A stretch of DNA of 64,000 nucleotides from Patescibacteria group bacterium. Its GTDB lineage: Bacteria; Patescibacteriota; Patescibacteriia; CAIXNZ01. The DNA is taken from contig JBAZJU010000003.1 in the NCBI GenBank assembly GCA_041651155.1, forward strand, positions 19,789 through 83,788, read 5' to 3'. The notes below the pieces were generated by a model. The model made no database searches and was not told the DNA's origin. It saw nothing but the letters and a program-made list of their open reading frames with translations. Positions 1 through 9,562 of this stretch are shown here, piece by piece (position 1 is the first letter of the stretch; each line of letters opens with the position of its first letter). Made by a program: the position numbers and the translations under genes.

Positions 1-330
1 CCTGCCTTCAAAAAATAGGATTGAATAATTTTTGTGTTCAGCCAGTTTTAATACTTCCCAGCATAGATCTGCTCCCGTTGTAATATTGAATAATTTTTGT
101 CCAAAAATTCTGGCGCCAAGCTTTAAGCCAAAGCCGTCGGGAATGGAAATAAAAGAGTTTTGGATTATCCTTCGAAATTGTTTATCTTTATAACCGACCA
201 GACAAATTTCAGGATTAGGTGTGACAAGATAACTTTTTTTTCCAGTTAATAAAAAATTAGCAATCTCCCCGATTGCTTCATTTAAAGAAATATCATTAAT
301 TTTTGAACCTAGGATGTAAACCTCTTCCAT
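1..330 (-). CDS. WecB/TagA/CpsF family glycosyltransferase (5' part; runs off window)
   Basis: Manual translation from ATG at 330: MEEVYILGSKINDISL...VTPNPEI...SIPDGFGL...TGADL, typical family motifs; TAATG overlap with upstream gene. Confidence 0.8.
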   Translation of the reverse strand, partial: MEEVYILGSKINDISLNEAIGEIANFLLTGKKSYLVTPNPEICLVGYKDKQFRRIIQNSFISIPDGFGLKLGARIFGQKLFNITTGADLCWEVLKLAEHKNYSILFFEGR

Positions 331-1730
331 TATTTTGAAGCATAAATATTAACAGGCGTACCTATTGGAGTCCAGTCATAAAGCCATTTGGCGTCAGGTA
401 ATTTTAAATTTACGCAGCCATGACTTACTCTGGTGCCAAAATTCCAGTGCCAATAAGCTCCATGTATGGCATAATCACGGTAAAAATACATAACATTCGG
501 CACATTTGGCAGGTTATAATTATCAGGGTTATTTGGTCCGTAATTCCGAGCCATGGTAGTTTTTGGAACTTTGGTGTTAATTTTAAAATCTCCCAGCGGA
601 GTTGGATATTTCCATTTACCGCTGGAAATTATAAATTCTTTTAGTAAAACCCCATTGCTATAGGCATAAAGTTTTTGTTTGCTTAAATCAATTTCAATAA
701 TTTTTTGTGAGGGAACGGTTTGAGTGGCGGCTAATATTTCTTTTTGTCCAATACTATTAAAATTGCTATCCGCAATCAAGATGCCTCCGCGAAAATTTTC
801 ATAAACAAAAACCCTGGGGCCAATTTTTAGTTTTCCCTCAGCTGAAAATGCCCTTAAATGCGCGCCGCCGCCATAGCCAGGACCTGTTAGAATTTCATTT
901 TTACCATCACTATCAATGTCGCTGGAAGCCAAATTTACGCCACCCAAAAAATTTTTATCATAAGCCAGAAATTCATTAAGCAATTTTGCCTGATCAGTAA
1001 AAATTTTTACCCTTGGTTCTTTATTTACTGCTGGCGCTGTTATGATTTCAGCTTTTTTATCATTATTTATATCAACAGCTAAAACATTTACTCCGCCTTT
1101 AAAACTTTTTTCATAGGCAGAAAAATAACTCAAATAATTGCTGTAATTGCTAAAAATTTTAACAACCGGTTCTTGCCCATAGCCGGCGCCGACAATTATT
1201 TCCTTTTGGCCATCTAGGTTTACATCACCGGCTGAAATGCTGACACCACCTGTTAATTTTTTGTCAAAAGCAAAGAATCCGAAAAGTCGGTTGCCAAAGC
1301 GGTCAAAGACTCTGATTTCAGAATTGCCTCCTTCATTTTGAGCCGTGATTATTTCTGAGGTGCTATCATTGAATAAATCAGTGGCAATAGCCTTAATCCC
1401 GCCAGTATAATTTTCTTCATATGCTAAAAATTCAAATTTAAAGCTGCCTTGGCTGTCAAAAATTTTAATCAAAGGTTTTTCATTCCTGCCAGCTGCCACA
1501 ATGATTTCAGGCTTTTTATCATTTTCCAAATCAGCCACTGCGATATTTAAGCCTTCAACCGTGGAATTTTCAGGAAATGGGAAAATATCCTTTTCAGCTT
1601 GTAATGTTTCTACATTAAAAATTCTGATTGTCGGCCTAATCTTAACAATCTGATCTGCAGGTAAGGTTTCTGCCTTGATGTTTGTGGCAAATAATAAGCC
1701 TAATAAGGTGATAATAATGATTTTTTTCAT
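330..1730 (-). CDS. Secreted FG-GAP-repeat protein with C-terminal L,D-transpeptidase (YkuD) domain
   Basis: Signal peptide; repeated GGV-x-A-x-D-x-N/D-x-D-x-x-x-EII units; HGAYWH...SHGCVNL catalytic motif. Confidence 0.85.
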   Translation of the reverse strand: MKKIIIITLLGLLFATNIKAETLPADQIVKIRPTIRIFNVETLQAEKDIFPFPENSTVEGLNIAVADLENDKKPEIIVAAGRNEKPLIKIFDSQGSFKFEFLAYEENYTGGIKAIATDLFNDSTSEIITAQNEGGNSEIRVFDRFGNRLFGFFAFDKKLTGGVSISAGDVNLDGQKEIIVGAGYGQEPVVKIFSNYSNYLSYFSAYEKSFKGGVNVLAVDINNDKKAEIITAPAVNKEPRVKIFTDQAKLLNEFLAYDKNFLGGVNLASSDIDSDGKNEILTGPGYGGGAHLRAFSAEGKLKIGPRVFVYENFRGGILIADSNFNSIGQKEILAATQTVPSQKIIEIDLSKQKLYAYSNGVLLKEFIISSGKWKYPTPLGDFKINTKVPKTTMARNYGPNNPDNYNLPNVPNVMYFYRDYAIHGAYWHWNFGTRVSHGCVNLKLPDAKWLYDWTPIGTPVNIYASK

Positions 1731-1758
1731 AATTTAATTATATCTATTTATAATCATC

Positions 1759-1896
1759 TTGACAATGAATCTGGCAGATTTATAATTAAGACATAAGTGT
1801 CTTGTGGAAATTTTAGGGCCAAGCCACAAACACTCTTTTTCTCTATTAAAGAGATTCTGGAACCCATTTGGGGACATGCGCTGTCCCCTTTTTTTT
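1759..1896 (+). ncRNA. Candidate small RNA unit (promoter, ~100 nt RNA, terminator)
   Basis: TTGACA 1759, TATAAT 1781 (16 bp); stem AGTGTCTTGTGG/CCACAAACACT; terminator GGGGACA/TGTCCCC + T8; no credible ORF. Confidence 0.5.
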
Positions 1897-1981
1897 GTTA
1901 TAATTAGGTTACTAATGTACTAATAATCTACTAATCTACAAATTTGTCCAGTAGGATTCCTTGAAATATTAGTAGTATTAG

Positions 1982-2021
1982 CCTGCCTGCCCTGCCTACC
2001 GGCAGGCAGGCGGCAGGCAGG
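1982..2021. repeat. Nested 20-bp REP-like palindromes
   Basis: CCTGCCTGC[CCTGCCTACCGGCAGGCAGG]CGGCAGGCAGG. Confidence 0.8.
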
Positions 2022-2046
2022 TAAAAATTAGTAAATTAGTATCCTT

Positions 2047-3063
2047 ATGAAATTAGCGCAATTCTGGGTAAAAAAAGACAATAAAATTCAGTGCCAGCTT
2101 TGCAACCATTATTGCTTAATAGCTGATGGCAATCGTGGTATTTGCGCTGTGAGGAAAAATATTGAAAATAAGCTTTATGCCCTGGATTATGGCAAAGTGA
2201 TTACGGCTAATATTGATCCAATTGAGAAAAAGCCGCTATTCCATTTTTTGCCAGGCAGTTTAAGTTATTCAATAGCCACTGTTGGCTGTAATTTCCACTG
2301 CCTTCACTGCCAAAATGCTGATATTTCCCAATATGCTGAGAAAGGCCTGGAGGCTGATTTTGTGCCAGGGCAAGACACTAAACCAGAGGAAATTATCCAA
2401 AAGGCTAAAGAAAGCGGCTGTCTTTCAATATCTTACACTTATACTGAACCTACGATCTATGCTGAATTTGCCTTGGATTGCATGAAGCTGGCCAAAGAAG
2501 CCGGGCTTAAAAATGTCTGGGTGTCTAATGGTTATACTGCGCCCGAGGCTTGGCCGGAGATACTTCCCTATTTGGATGCGATAAATGTTGATTTGAAATT
2601 TTTTACTAATGAAACATATTTAAAAATCTGTGGGGCAAAATTACAGCCGGTTTTGGAAAATTTAAAATTATTAAATCATCATAAAATCTGGCTGGAAATA
2701 ACTACTTTGATTATTCCGGGCCTAAATGATTCTGATAAAGAGCTGGAAGAAATTGCTAAATTTATAAAAAATTATTTAGGCTCGGAAACTCCCTGGCATA
2801 TTTCTCGATTTTTCCCTCAATATAAACTGCAAGATCAAGATCCCACAGAAGAAGATTTAATTTATAAGGCCTATAAAATTGGCAAAGAGATTGGTTTAAA
2901 ATATGTTTATGGGGGCAATGTCACTTCTGATACAATGGAAAATACCTATTGTCCAAAATGCGGAGAACTGGTGATTAAGCGGTTTGGCTATGAAATAAAG
3001 CGCTTTGATCAAAATGGCTATTGCCCTAAATGTAATGAAAAAATTGAGTTGGTTTTAAAGTAA
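2047..3063 (+). CDS. amrS: AmmeMemoRadiSam system radical SAM enzyme
   Basis: CQLCNHYC N-terminus, DPIEKKPLFHF, CNFHCLHC, YTYTEP, C-terminal CPKC pairs. Confidence 0.9.
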   Translation: MKLAQFWVKKDNKIQCQLCNHYCLIADGNRGICAVRKNIENKLYALDYGKVITANIDPIEKKPLFHFLPGSLSYSIATVGCNFHCLHCQNADISQYAEKGLEADFVPGQDTKPEEIIQKAKESGCLSISYTYTEPTIYAEFALDCMKLAKEAGLKNVWVSNGYTAPEAWPEILPYLDAINVDLKFFTNETYLKICGAKLQPVLENLKLLNHHKIWLEITTLIIPGLNDSDKELEEIAKFIKNYLGSETPWHISRFFPQYKLQDQDPTEEDLIYKAYKIGKEIGLKYVYGGNVTSDTMENTYCPKCGELVIKRFGYEIKRFDQNGYCPKCNEKIELVLK

Positions 3064-3147
3064 AAACGGACAAATTTATATCATAGGCCACTTTAGTGGC
3101 CGTGCGTGAATTCTATAATATTTCTAGGCCGTTTTTTTGCTCAGCTA

Positions 3148-3474
3148 TTGACAATATTTTAATTATATGCTATCATGTCCTTGAGATGCCTAGATGGATT
3201 TAATAGGCTTACCCTAGATAAAACTTACTATCCTAAGAAAATTTAGGGGAAAAATCTCTCTATTTAAAAGTAGCAAATTGGATAGAATTTGCGAAATATG
3301 ACCGGGTTGGACTCAAGAGTGGAGATTGAGTCTATTAAAAAAACCCAATAAACCATGCCTTGCATAGCGAGGCGTCCGGACGTAGGAATAATCCGCCTAT
3401 AAAGGACAGAATATACCACTCATATTCTGTGGTTTTTATAAAAATTACGGCCTGCAATCAAGCGGGCCTTTTTT
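3148..3474 (+). ncRNA. Candidate branched structured RNA unit (~290 nt)
   Basis: TTGACA 3148, TG-c-TATCAT 3171 (17 bp); many hairpins; terminator GGCCTGC/GCGGGCC + T6 at 3449-3474; no ORF in track. Confidence 0.6.
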
Positions 3475-3485
3475 AATTGAAATAG

Positions 3486-3512
3486 AAAAAGACGGCTTTT
3501 TAGGGCCGTCTT
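3486..3512 (-). terminator. Intrinsic terminator of prs-like cassette
   Basis: AAGACGGC/GCCGTCTT stem with A-run on + strand. Confidence 0.7.
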
Positions 3513-3518
3513 ATTGTT

Positions 3519-4565
3519 TTAGTATTGTGGCCGATAAAGGCCAACATTTCCAGGTTCATGAAGTTGGGTGACTGAATCATCTTCAATTGTTTGTCTGATG
3601 GCTTCGGCTAATAGTCCGGCTATAGAAAGGATTTTGAACTTTGGTTCACCGCTGACTTTGTCTTCAACCGGTATAGTATCGGTTATGACAAATTCATCTA
3701 TCGGTGAATTTTTTAAAGCCGCGATAACCTCGGCTGTTGATTTTCCTTCCTTGGCTAGGGGCGCATGCGGCGCATACATAATGATTTTTTTAGCGCCATT
3801 GTCTTTCAGGGCTTGAGCATCTTTGATCGCTGTTCCCCCAGAGCAGATTTCGTCGTCAATCATGATGCAGATTTTGCCTTTAGTGGCAATTTCGCGTTTT
3901 ATTTCCACGACTTTGCCATCACGAACCTTGTCAATATAATCGTGAGGCAGCTTAGTAATTTCGGTAAGCTTGGCCGAGCGTTTAGCGGCACTGCTGTCAG
4001 AAAAGCAGATTAGCACGTCATCTTTTTTTCCACCTAAAACCGTTTGAATGTAGTTGTTGAGATAATCCGCAAACATGTAAATAGTGGAAATTTCATCAGC
4101 TGAGGGCCTGAAATAATGCTTGACGTGAGTGTCATGTGGGTCTAGTAAAAGCACTCTTTCAACGCCCAGAGTTTTATTGATAATTTGGGCTAAAACGCTG
4201 CTCATTACAGAAATTCTGGGCTTGTCCTTACGGTCACTGCGAGCGTAAGGCATGTATGGAAAAGTTAGCAGCAAGTCAGCAGCATTAGAATTGTAAATAG
4301 CGTCAAGTAAACACATCAGTTCAACCAAGCGTTGATTTACAGGCGGAGTTTGAGTGTGTATTACTACGACAAAATAACCGCGAACATTATCTATTTGCAA
4401 TTCCACGTTTTCATTGTCAAAATATGACACTTTTGGCCGAGATAAGATTAAGCCCTCCTCAGGTTTAAATATCTTTGGCAGGCGTTTGTATAGTTCTTTA
4501 CAGACCTTCTCTGCCAGAATATCCGAACCAGGCAAAGCCATTACTTTTACTCCGCGAAACTTCAT
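3519..4565 (-). CDS. prs: Divergent ribose-phosphate pyrophosphokinase
   Basis: PYMPYARSDRK, LDPH, IDDEICSGGT (PRPP motif), TDTIP; GAGGAGG SD. Confidence 0.75.
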   Translation of the reverse strand: MKFRGVKVMALPGSDILAEKVCKELYKRLPKIFKPEEGLILSRPKVSYFDNENVELQIDNVRGYFVVVIHTQTPPVNQRLVELMCLLDAIYNSNAADLLLTFPYMPYARSDRKDKPRISVMSSVLAQIINKTLGVERVLLLDPHDTHVKHYFRPSADEISTIYMFADYLNNYIQTVLGGKKDDVLICFSDSSAAKRSAKLTEITKLPHDYIDKVRDGKVVEIKREIATKGKICIMIDDEICSGGTAIKDAQALKDNGAKKIIMYAPHAPLAKEGKSTAEVIAALKNSPIDEFVITDTIPVEDKVSGEPKFKILSIAGLLAEAIRQTIEDDSVTQLHEPGNVGLYRPQY

Positions 4566-4613
4566 TTTTCCTCCTCTGTAAAAAGTTTTTGTTTACCAAT
4601 TTAAGGCACATTA

Positions 4614-4672
4614 ACCTTAACATTTTTTACTAAAAAGTCAAGCTTGACATTCACTTTTTTATTTATTATACT
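4614..4672. promoter_or_regulatory. Back-to-back sigma70 promoters (prs-like gene and clpB)
   Basis: Palindrome GTCAAGCTTGAC 4637-4648; + strand TTGACA-17-TATACT; - strand TTGACT-16-TAAGGT. Confidence 0.7.
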
Positions 4673-4676
4673 AAAC

Positions 4677-4703
4677 TTAGCACTCTTGAAGCTGGAGTGC
4701 TAA
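4677..4703. promoter_or_regulatory. CIRCE operator (HrcA site)
   Basis: Perfect TTAGCACTC-N9-GAGTGCTAA between promoter and clpB. Confidence 0.95.
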
Positions 4704-4744
4704 ATTTCATAATTCAGCATTCATAATTCATAATTATTCAAAAT

Positions 4745-7366
4745 ATGTTTAACCCCAATAAATTAACCACTAAATCCCAGGAAGCTTTGAGAAATGCCCA
4801 GGAAATTGCCATTGACCATCAAAACCAGCAGGTTGATGCTTTGCATTTGCTCGCTTCCCTGCTTACTCAAGACGAAAGTTTAGTTAATACAATTTTAAAA
4901 AAATTGGAAGTTGACCCTGCTCAATTAAAAAATCAGATTTTTCAGGCTATTGAAGCATTCCCAAAAACCAAAGGCGATATAAGCCTGACTCAGATGTTTT
5001 TAACCGAAGATTTAGCCCGAGTTTTAGCTGGCTCAGAAAAAGAAGCTAAAGAATTCAAGGATGAGTATATCTCAACTGAACACATTTTTTTATCAATGTT
5101 AAATACCAAAAGCAAGGTCAAAATTCTTTTGGATTCTTTTGGTATTCAATATGATGCTGTTTTAAAATTATTGGCGCAGCTGCGTGGCTCTACCAGAATT
5201 ACAGATCCGGAACCAGAATCAAAATTCCAGGTTTTGGAAAAGTACGCCCAGAATTTAACAGAAATGGCCAGGCAAGAGAAATTAGATCCGGTCATTGGGC
5301 GTGATTCTGAAATTCGCCGCGTGATGCAGGTTTTATCCCGCAGAACAAAAAATAATCCGGTTTTGATCGGTGAAGCCGGAGTTGGCAAAACAGCCATTGC
5401 CGAAGGTTTAGCGCAAAGAATTGTGGCTGGTGATGTGCCGGAAACTTTAAAAAATAAAGAAGTAATTGCTTTGGATTTGGGTTCTTTAATTGCCGGGACC
5501 AAATTCCGCGGTGAATTTGAGGATCGCTTAAAAGCAGTTTTAAAGGAAGTTGAAAATTCCAATGGCCAGATAATTTTATTTATTGATGAACTGCATACTG
5601 TTGTCGGCGCTGGCGCGATTGAAGGTTCAATGGATGCATCCAATATGTTAAAGCCAGCTTTAGCTCGCGGTAAATTGCATGCCATTGGCGCTACAACTTT
5701 GAAAGAATATCACAAATATATTGAAAAAGATCCTGCTTTAGAAAGACGCTTTCAGCCAGTCATGGTCTTGGAACCTTCTATTGAAGATACGATCGCAATT
5801 TTGCGCGGTATTAAAGATAAATATGAAGTCCATCATGGCGTAAGAATTACTGACTCAGCGATTTTAGCTGCGGCTGAATTTTCTCAAAGATATATTACTG
5901 ACCGTTTTTTGCCTGATAAAGCAGTTGATTTAATAGATGAAGCAACTTCTGCTCTGCGTATGGAAATTGATTCAATGCCTGAGGAGCTTGATAAAATGAA
6001 GCGCAAAACGAAACAGCTGGAAATTGAAAAAGCAGCGCTAAAAAAAGAATCTGATAAAGGCTCAAAGGACAATTTGAAAATTTTAGATAAAGAATTGCAT
6101 GATTTAAAAGAAAAATCCAACCAATTGGAATTGCACTGGAAAAGCGAGAAAGATATTATTACCCAGATTCGCGAAGCCAAAAAGAAAATTGATTCTTTGA
6201 AACAAGAGGCTGATATCTTGGAAAGAAAGGCTGAACTGCAAAAAGTGGCGGAAATTCGTTATGGCCAGATCCCAGCGATTGAAAAGAAAATCAAAGAATT
6301 TGAAAAAAAATTAGCTAATGTGCAAAAAGACCATAAAATTCTGAAAGAAGAAGTAACTGAAGAAGATATTGCCCATGTTGTTTCACGCTGGACAGGCATC
6401 CCGGTTTCCAAAATGCTTGAGTCAGAAATGGCCAAATTAGCCCATGCTGAGGATGAACTGAGAAAACGCGTGGTTGGCCAGCAAGAAGCGATTTCTGCAG
6501 TGGCTAATGCCATCAGGCGCTCACGAGCTGGCGTGTCAGAAGAAAACAGGCCAATTGGCTCATTTATCTTTTTAGGCCCAACTGGCGTGGGTAAAACAGA
6601 ATTAGCCAAAGCTCTGGCTGAATTTATGTTCAATGATGAAAATGCCATGATTCGCGTGGACATGTCTGAATATATGGAAAAGCATTCTGTTTCCAAATTC
6701 ATTGGTTCTCCCCCAGGCTATATCGGCTATGAAGAAGGCGGACAATTAACTGAACAAGTGCGTAGACGCCCCTACTCTGTAGTTTTATTTGATGAAATTG
6801 AAAAAGCCCACCCGGAAGTATTTAATGTTTTATTACAGCTTTTAGATGATGGCCGTTTGACTGATGCCAAAGGACGAGTTGTTAATTTCAAAAATACAAT
6901 TATTATCATGACTTCAAATTTGGGCAATCAGCTTTTGAAAGATGTTTCGCTTGGCTTTGAAGATAAGACACTTAAAAAAGAGAATACAATGGATGAGGAA
7001 AAAATGAAAGAAAAAGTTTATGAAGCCTTAAAAGCCCAGTTTAAACCAGAATTTATTAATCGTCTTGATGAAATAATTATTTTCCATCCTTTAGGTAAAA
7101 AAGAAATTGAAAAAATTATTGAATTACAGCTGGAAATAGTCACCAAGCGTTTGGCTGATAAGAAAATCAAATTAGAGTTTACCAAAGCTTTGGAAGAATA
7201 TCTGGCCAACAAAGGCTTTGATCCCCAATTTGGCGCGCGTCCGCTTAAACGCGTGATTCAAAGTCAAATCCTTGATGATCTGGCTTTGCAGATAATTGAA
7301 GGCAAAATTAAAGAAGGACAGAAAGTTAAGGTTGATGTGGAGAAGGATAAAGTAGTGTTTAAATAA
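4745..7366 (+). CDS. clpB: ATP-dependent chaperone ClpB
   Basis: Two AAA+ modules ([16 protein letters not shown]), coiled-coil middle domain, GARPL. Confidence 0.97.
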   Translation: MFNPNKLTTKSQEALRNAQEIAIDHQNQQVDALHLLASLLTQDESLVNTILKKLEVDPAQLKNQIFQAIEAFPKTKGDISLTQMFLTEDLARVLAGSEKEAKEFKDEYISTEHIFLSMLNTKSKVKILLDSFGIQYDAVLKLLAQLRGSTRITDPEPESKFQVLEKYAQNLTEMARQEKLDPVIGRDSEIRRVMQVLSRRTKNNPVLIGEAGVGKTAIAEGLAQRIVAGDVPETLKNKEVIALDLGSLIAGTKFRGEFEDRLKAVLKEVENSNGQIILFIDELHTVVGAGAIEGSMDASNMLKPALARGKLHAIGATTLKEYHKYIEKDPALERRFQPVMVLEPSIEDTIAILRGIKDKYEVHHGVRITDSAILAAAEFSQRYITDRFLPDKAVDLIDEATSALRMEIDSMPEELDKMKRKTKQLEIEKAALKKESDKGSKDNLKILDKELHDLKEKSNQLELHWKSEKDIITQIREAKKKIDSLKQEADILERKAELQKVAEIRYGQIPAIEKKIKEFEKKLANVQKDHKILKEEVTEEDIAHVVSRWTGIPVSKMLESEMAKLAHAEDELRKRVVGQQEAISAVANAIRRSRAGVSEENRPIGSFIFLGPTGVGKTELAKALAEFMFNDENAMIRVDMSEYMEKHSVSKFIGSPPGYIGYEEGGQLTEQVRRRPYSVVLFDEIEKAHPEVFNVLLQLLDDGRLTDAKGRVVNFKNTIIIMTSNLGNQLLKDVSLGFEDKTLKKENTMDEEKMKEKVYEALKAQFKPEFINRLDEIIIFHPLGKKEIEKIIELQLEIVTKRLADKKIKLEFTKALEEYLANKGFDPQFGARPLKRVIQSQILDDLALQIIEGKIKEGQKVKVDVEKDKVVFK

Positions 7367-7416
7367 ACTGAAATAAAAAAAGAGGCGGTTTATATCTCCT
7401 CTTTTTTAATATAAAA

Positions 7417-8496
7417 TTATTTAACTACTTCGATCTTAAATATAAAATTTTGATGTTTAACGTTTTCACCTTTTATGAAAGCAGTAATTTGGTGAATTCC
7501 ATCTTTTAAGAATGTTATATTAATATTCCCCTGATGATTATCTTCGCTACATTGTATCATCTCTTGTTTAAAACGCACTATTTGTTTTTCTTCTCCTTTA
7601 TATATAGAAGAGATGTTGGGGGTATCTTCTACTAGAAAATCTAGAGGGAAAACAAGTCCGATTTGTATATTTTTAGCCATTTCTGATGATGAATTTAAAA
7701 TTGATATGGGTATCTCCTGCTTTTTATTAGATGCAAATCTTAATTCCTTGTTAGGCTCAAGTTTTTGATCACCAAATTTTATAAATATTTGTTCAAGTAA
7801 GATTTTTTGGCCTGACCCAGTTTTATCAATTAAAGTCGACAATAATTCTATTATTTTGTTATCAGAAGTATTTTTTTCATCGTTTAGTATTTTCGAAATT
7901 TCCATCACGATTTCTAATAATTTTATGATTACATATACGAAATATCCCAATAAAAGTATACTAATCGGAATTATTATAAAATATTTATAAATAATTTCCA
8001 GATAAAAAGATAATAATGTAATTACAAATAGTAATAAGAGGGGGATGGAAAGTCTAAGTATTTGGTATTTAGGGTTCAAATATGAAAGTTTATTCTCTGC
8101 GTTTTTTTTATTTTTCTTTAAACTCTTTATGGTTTTTTCAATCAATGCTAAATCTATACCACCCTCCCTTTTTTTAATTTCAGCATCTAGATTTTTTTCA
8201 TTTGATGATTTTTCGTTCTCATAATTTTGTTCAAGTTTTTTTATCCCTTCTGGAAAGAGTGAAATTAAGATGCCAACAAGTGGCAATATGAAGGCCAGCG
8301 CTGCTAAAACTAAATTAGTAAGGGCATTCATTATTATATTGATCGGATTATTGTATGTGACAACCAGATTAGCTTTAATATTTGGAAGGGCTAATAAAAG
8401 TGTAGATACAAAAATTGTTAGAACTATTAAAATTAATAGAATTAGTTCAATTCTTTTCTTGAATCTATTTATAAAATCAGCAATTATTTTTTTCAT
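7417..8496 (-). CDS. Hypothetical membrane protein (about 4 TM helices, coiled coil, soluble C-domain)
   Basis: 359-aa ORF, hydrophobic segments, very AT-rich. Confidence 0.6.
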   Translation of the reverse strand: MKKIIADFINRFKKRIELILLILIVLTIFVSTLLLALPNIKANLVVTYNNPINIIMNALTNLVLAALAFILPLVGILISLFPEGIKKLEQNYENEKSSNEKNLDAEIKKREGGIDLALIEKTIKSLKKNKKNAENKLSYLNPKYQILRLSIPLLLLFVITLLSFYLEIIYKYFIIIPISILLLGYFVYVIIKLLEIVMEISKILNDEKNTSDNKIIELLSTLIDKTGSGQKILLEQIFIKFGDQKLEPNKELRFASNKKQEIPISILNSSSEMAKNIQIGLVFPLDFLVEDTPNISSIYKGEEKQIVRFKQEMIQCSEDNHQGNINITFLKDGIHQITAFIKGENVKHQNFIFKIEVVK

Positions 8497-8634
8497 AATA
8501 TTGAGGTTATTTTTTATACTTTAAGTATAAACATATGTGTGTTAAAGTCAAATGTTTTTGGTGAATTTTTTGACAATAAAAAAAGCCGCCCTGAACTCAA
8601 AGTTCTAGGGCGGTTTTGTTTTTGCAAGTATTTA

Positions 8635-8880
8635 TTATCCCCTTTTGACAAAAATTGTCACTATTTTGTGGAAATTTGTCTGGCGGAATTTGGTGCTCAT
8701 GCCGAGCAAAACAAGGGTTTTTTCTGGACGATAATCTTCTTTGATTAATTCCTTTGTCTTGTCAGCAGCTTTCTTGTTTTCCATGCGAACGGCCTGGATA
8801 CCGACAATATTTTTCGGGTTTTCCAATTCAATTAGGAGCGGCACGCCTTCAATCCCAGCTTTCTTTTTTTTGCCTTCCAT
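8635..8880 (-). CDS. Small hypothetical protein in stand-alone cassette
   Basis: TAAGGAGGT SD; terminator hairpin at ~8580-8617. Confidence 0.6.
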   Translation of the reverse strand: MEGKKKKAGIEGVPLLIELENPKNIVGIQAVRMENKKAADKTKELIKEDYRPEKTLVLLGMSTKFRQTNFHKIVTIFVKRG

Positions 8881-8971
8881 TTTTTACCTCCTTAATGGAT
8901 TTTAGTTAAAGTTATCAGAAATGATAGTTTTTGTCCACGCAGCTCTTCACAATAGCTATATAAAATTCAAA

Positions 8972-9508
8972 GGCCCCGTTAAAAATGCATTCAAGCATTT
9001 TGTAACGGGGCCGAGTGTGGAGAGAAAACCTTCTTTGTCGTAGCCGCCAGCGTATAAAAAGGCGTCCTCATCTACATGCAATAGCATGTTCGCCTAAGAT
9101 TCTCTGGTAGCTTTTTTGCGGGCATGCAGATTATGACGTTCCGGTACCGTATGAACATCTCGTTTCGGCGCTCCTAGGTTGCGCCATAGTCACGGGCCGG
9201 ATTGAAGCGTGATTGTGCTTGAACGCCCATTAGAACATCGGATTTTTTAGACGTTCGGCACATTTTCGACGGTCGCCCATGGTGCGTCCGTTTGAATCTC
9301 AAACTTTCGATCATCAGGATTCGGCCTTCCATGATAGGCCTTTCAATCGTATTTTTCGAGAATTTCGAAGTCAATTGGCCGGATCGCGGCAGTTTTTACA
9401 AATCCCGCGTTCCGGAAGTTTTTTCCCGCATAAAATCGGAAGGTTTTAAGAACTCGATTCTCCACACTTTATGATTAACATCATAGCATATCTATAAGAT
9501 TTTGTCAA
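8972..9508 (-). ncRNA. Candidate large structured RNA unit (~460 nt)
   Basis: TTGACA 9508, TG-c-TATGAT 9485 (17 bp); closing stems 9459-9468/9014-9023 and 9439-9447/9025-9033; long hairpin 8972-9012; GC-richer than flanks. Confidence 0.65.
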
Positions 9509-9562
9509 GACTATGGCGGTTTTTGATTTGAAATAAATGATTTTATATGCTATTATTAGAAT

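Noticed and set aside
5146-7212. Antisense ORFs within clpB, and similar ones within dinB, rpoA, alaS, mutL and mutS
   Set aside because: Shadow frames of well-supported genes
9014-9468. tmRNA, RNase P RNA, or ORFs 9174-9374 and 9292-9474
   Set aside because: No T-arm/CCA end or GAGGAAAGUCC-type motif seen; the ORFs lack SD and protein-like features
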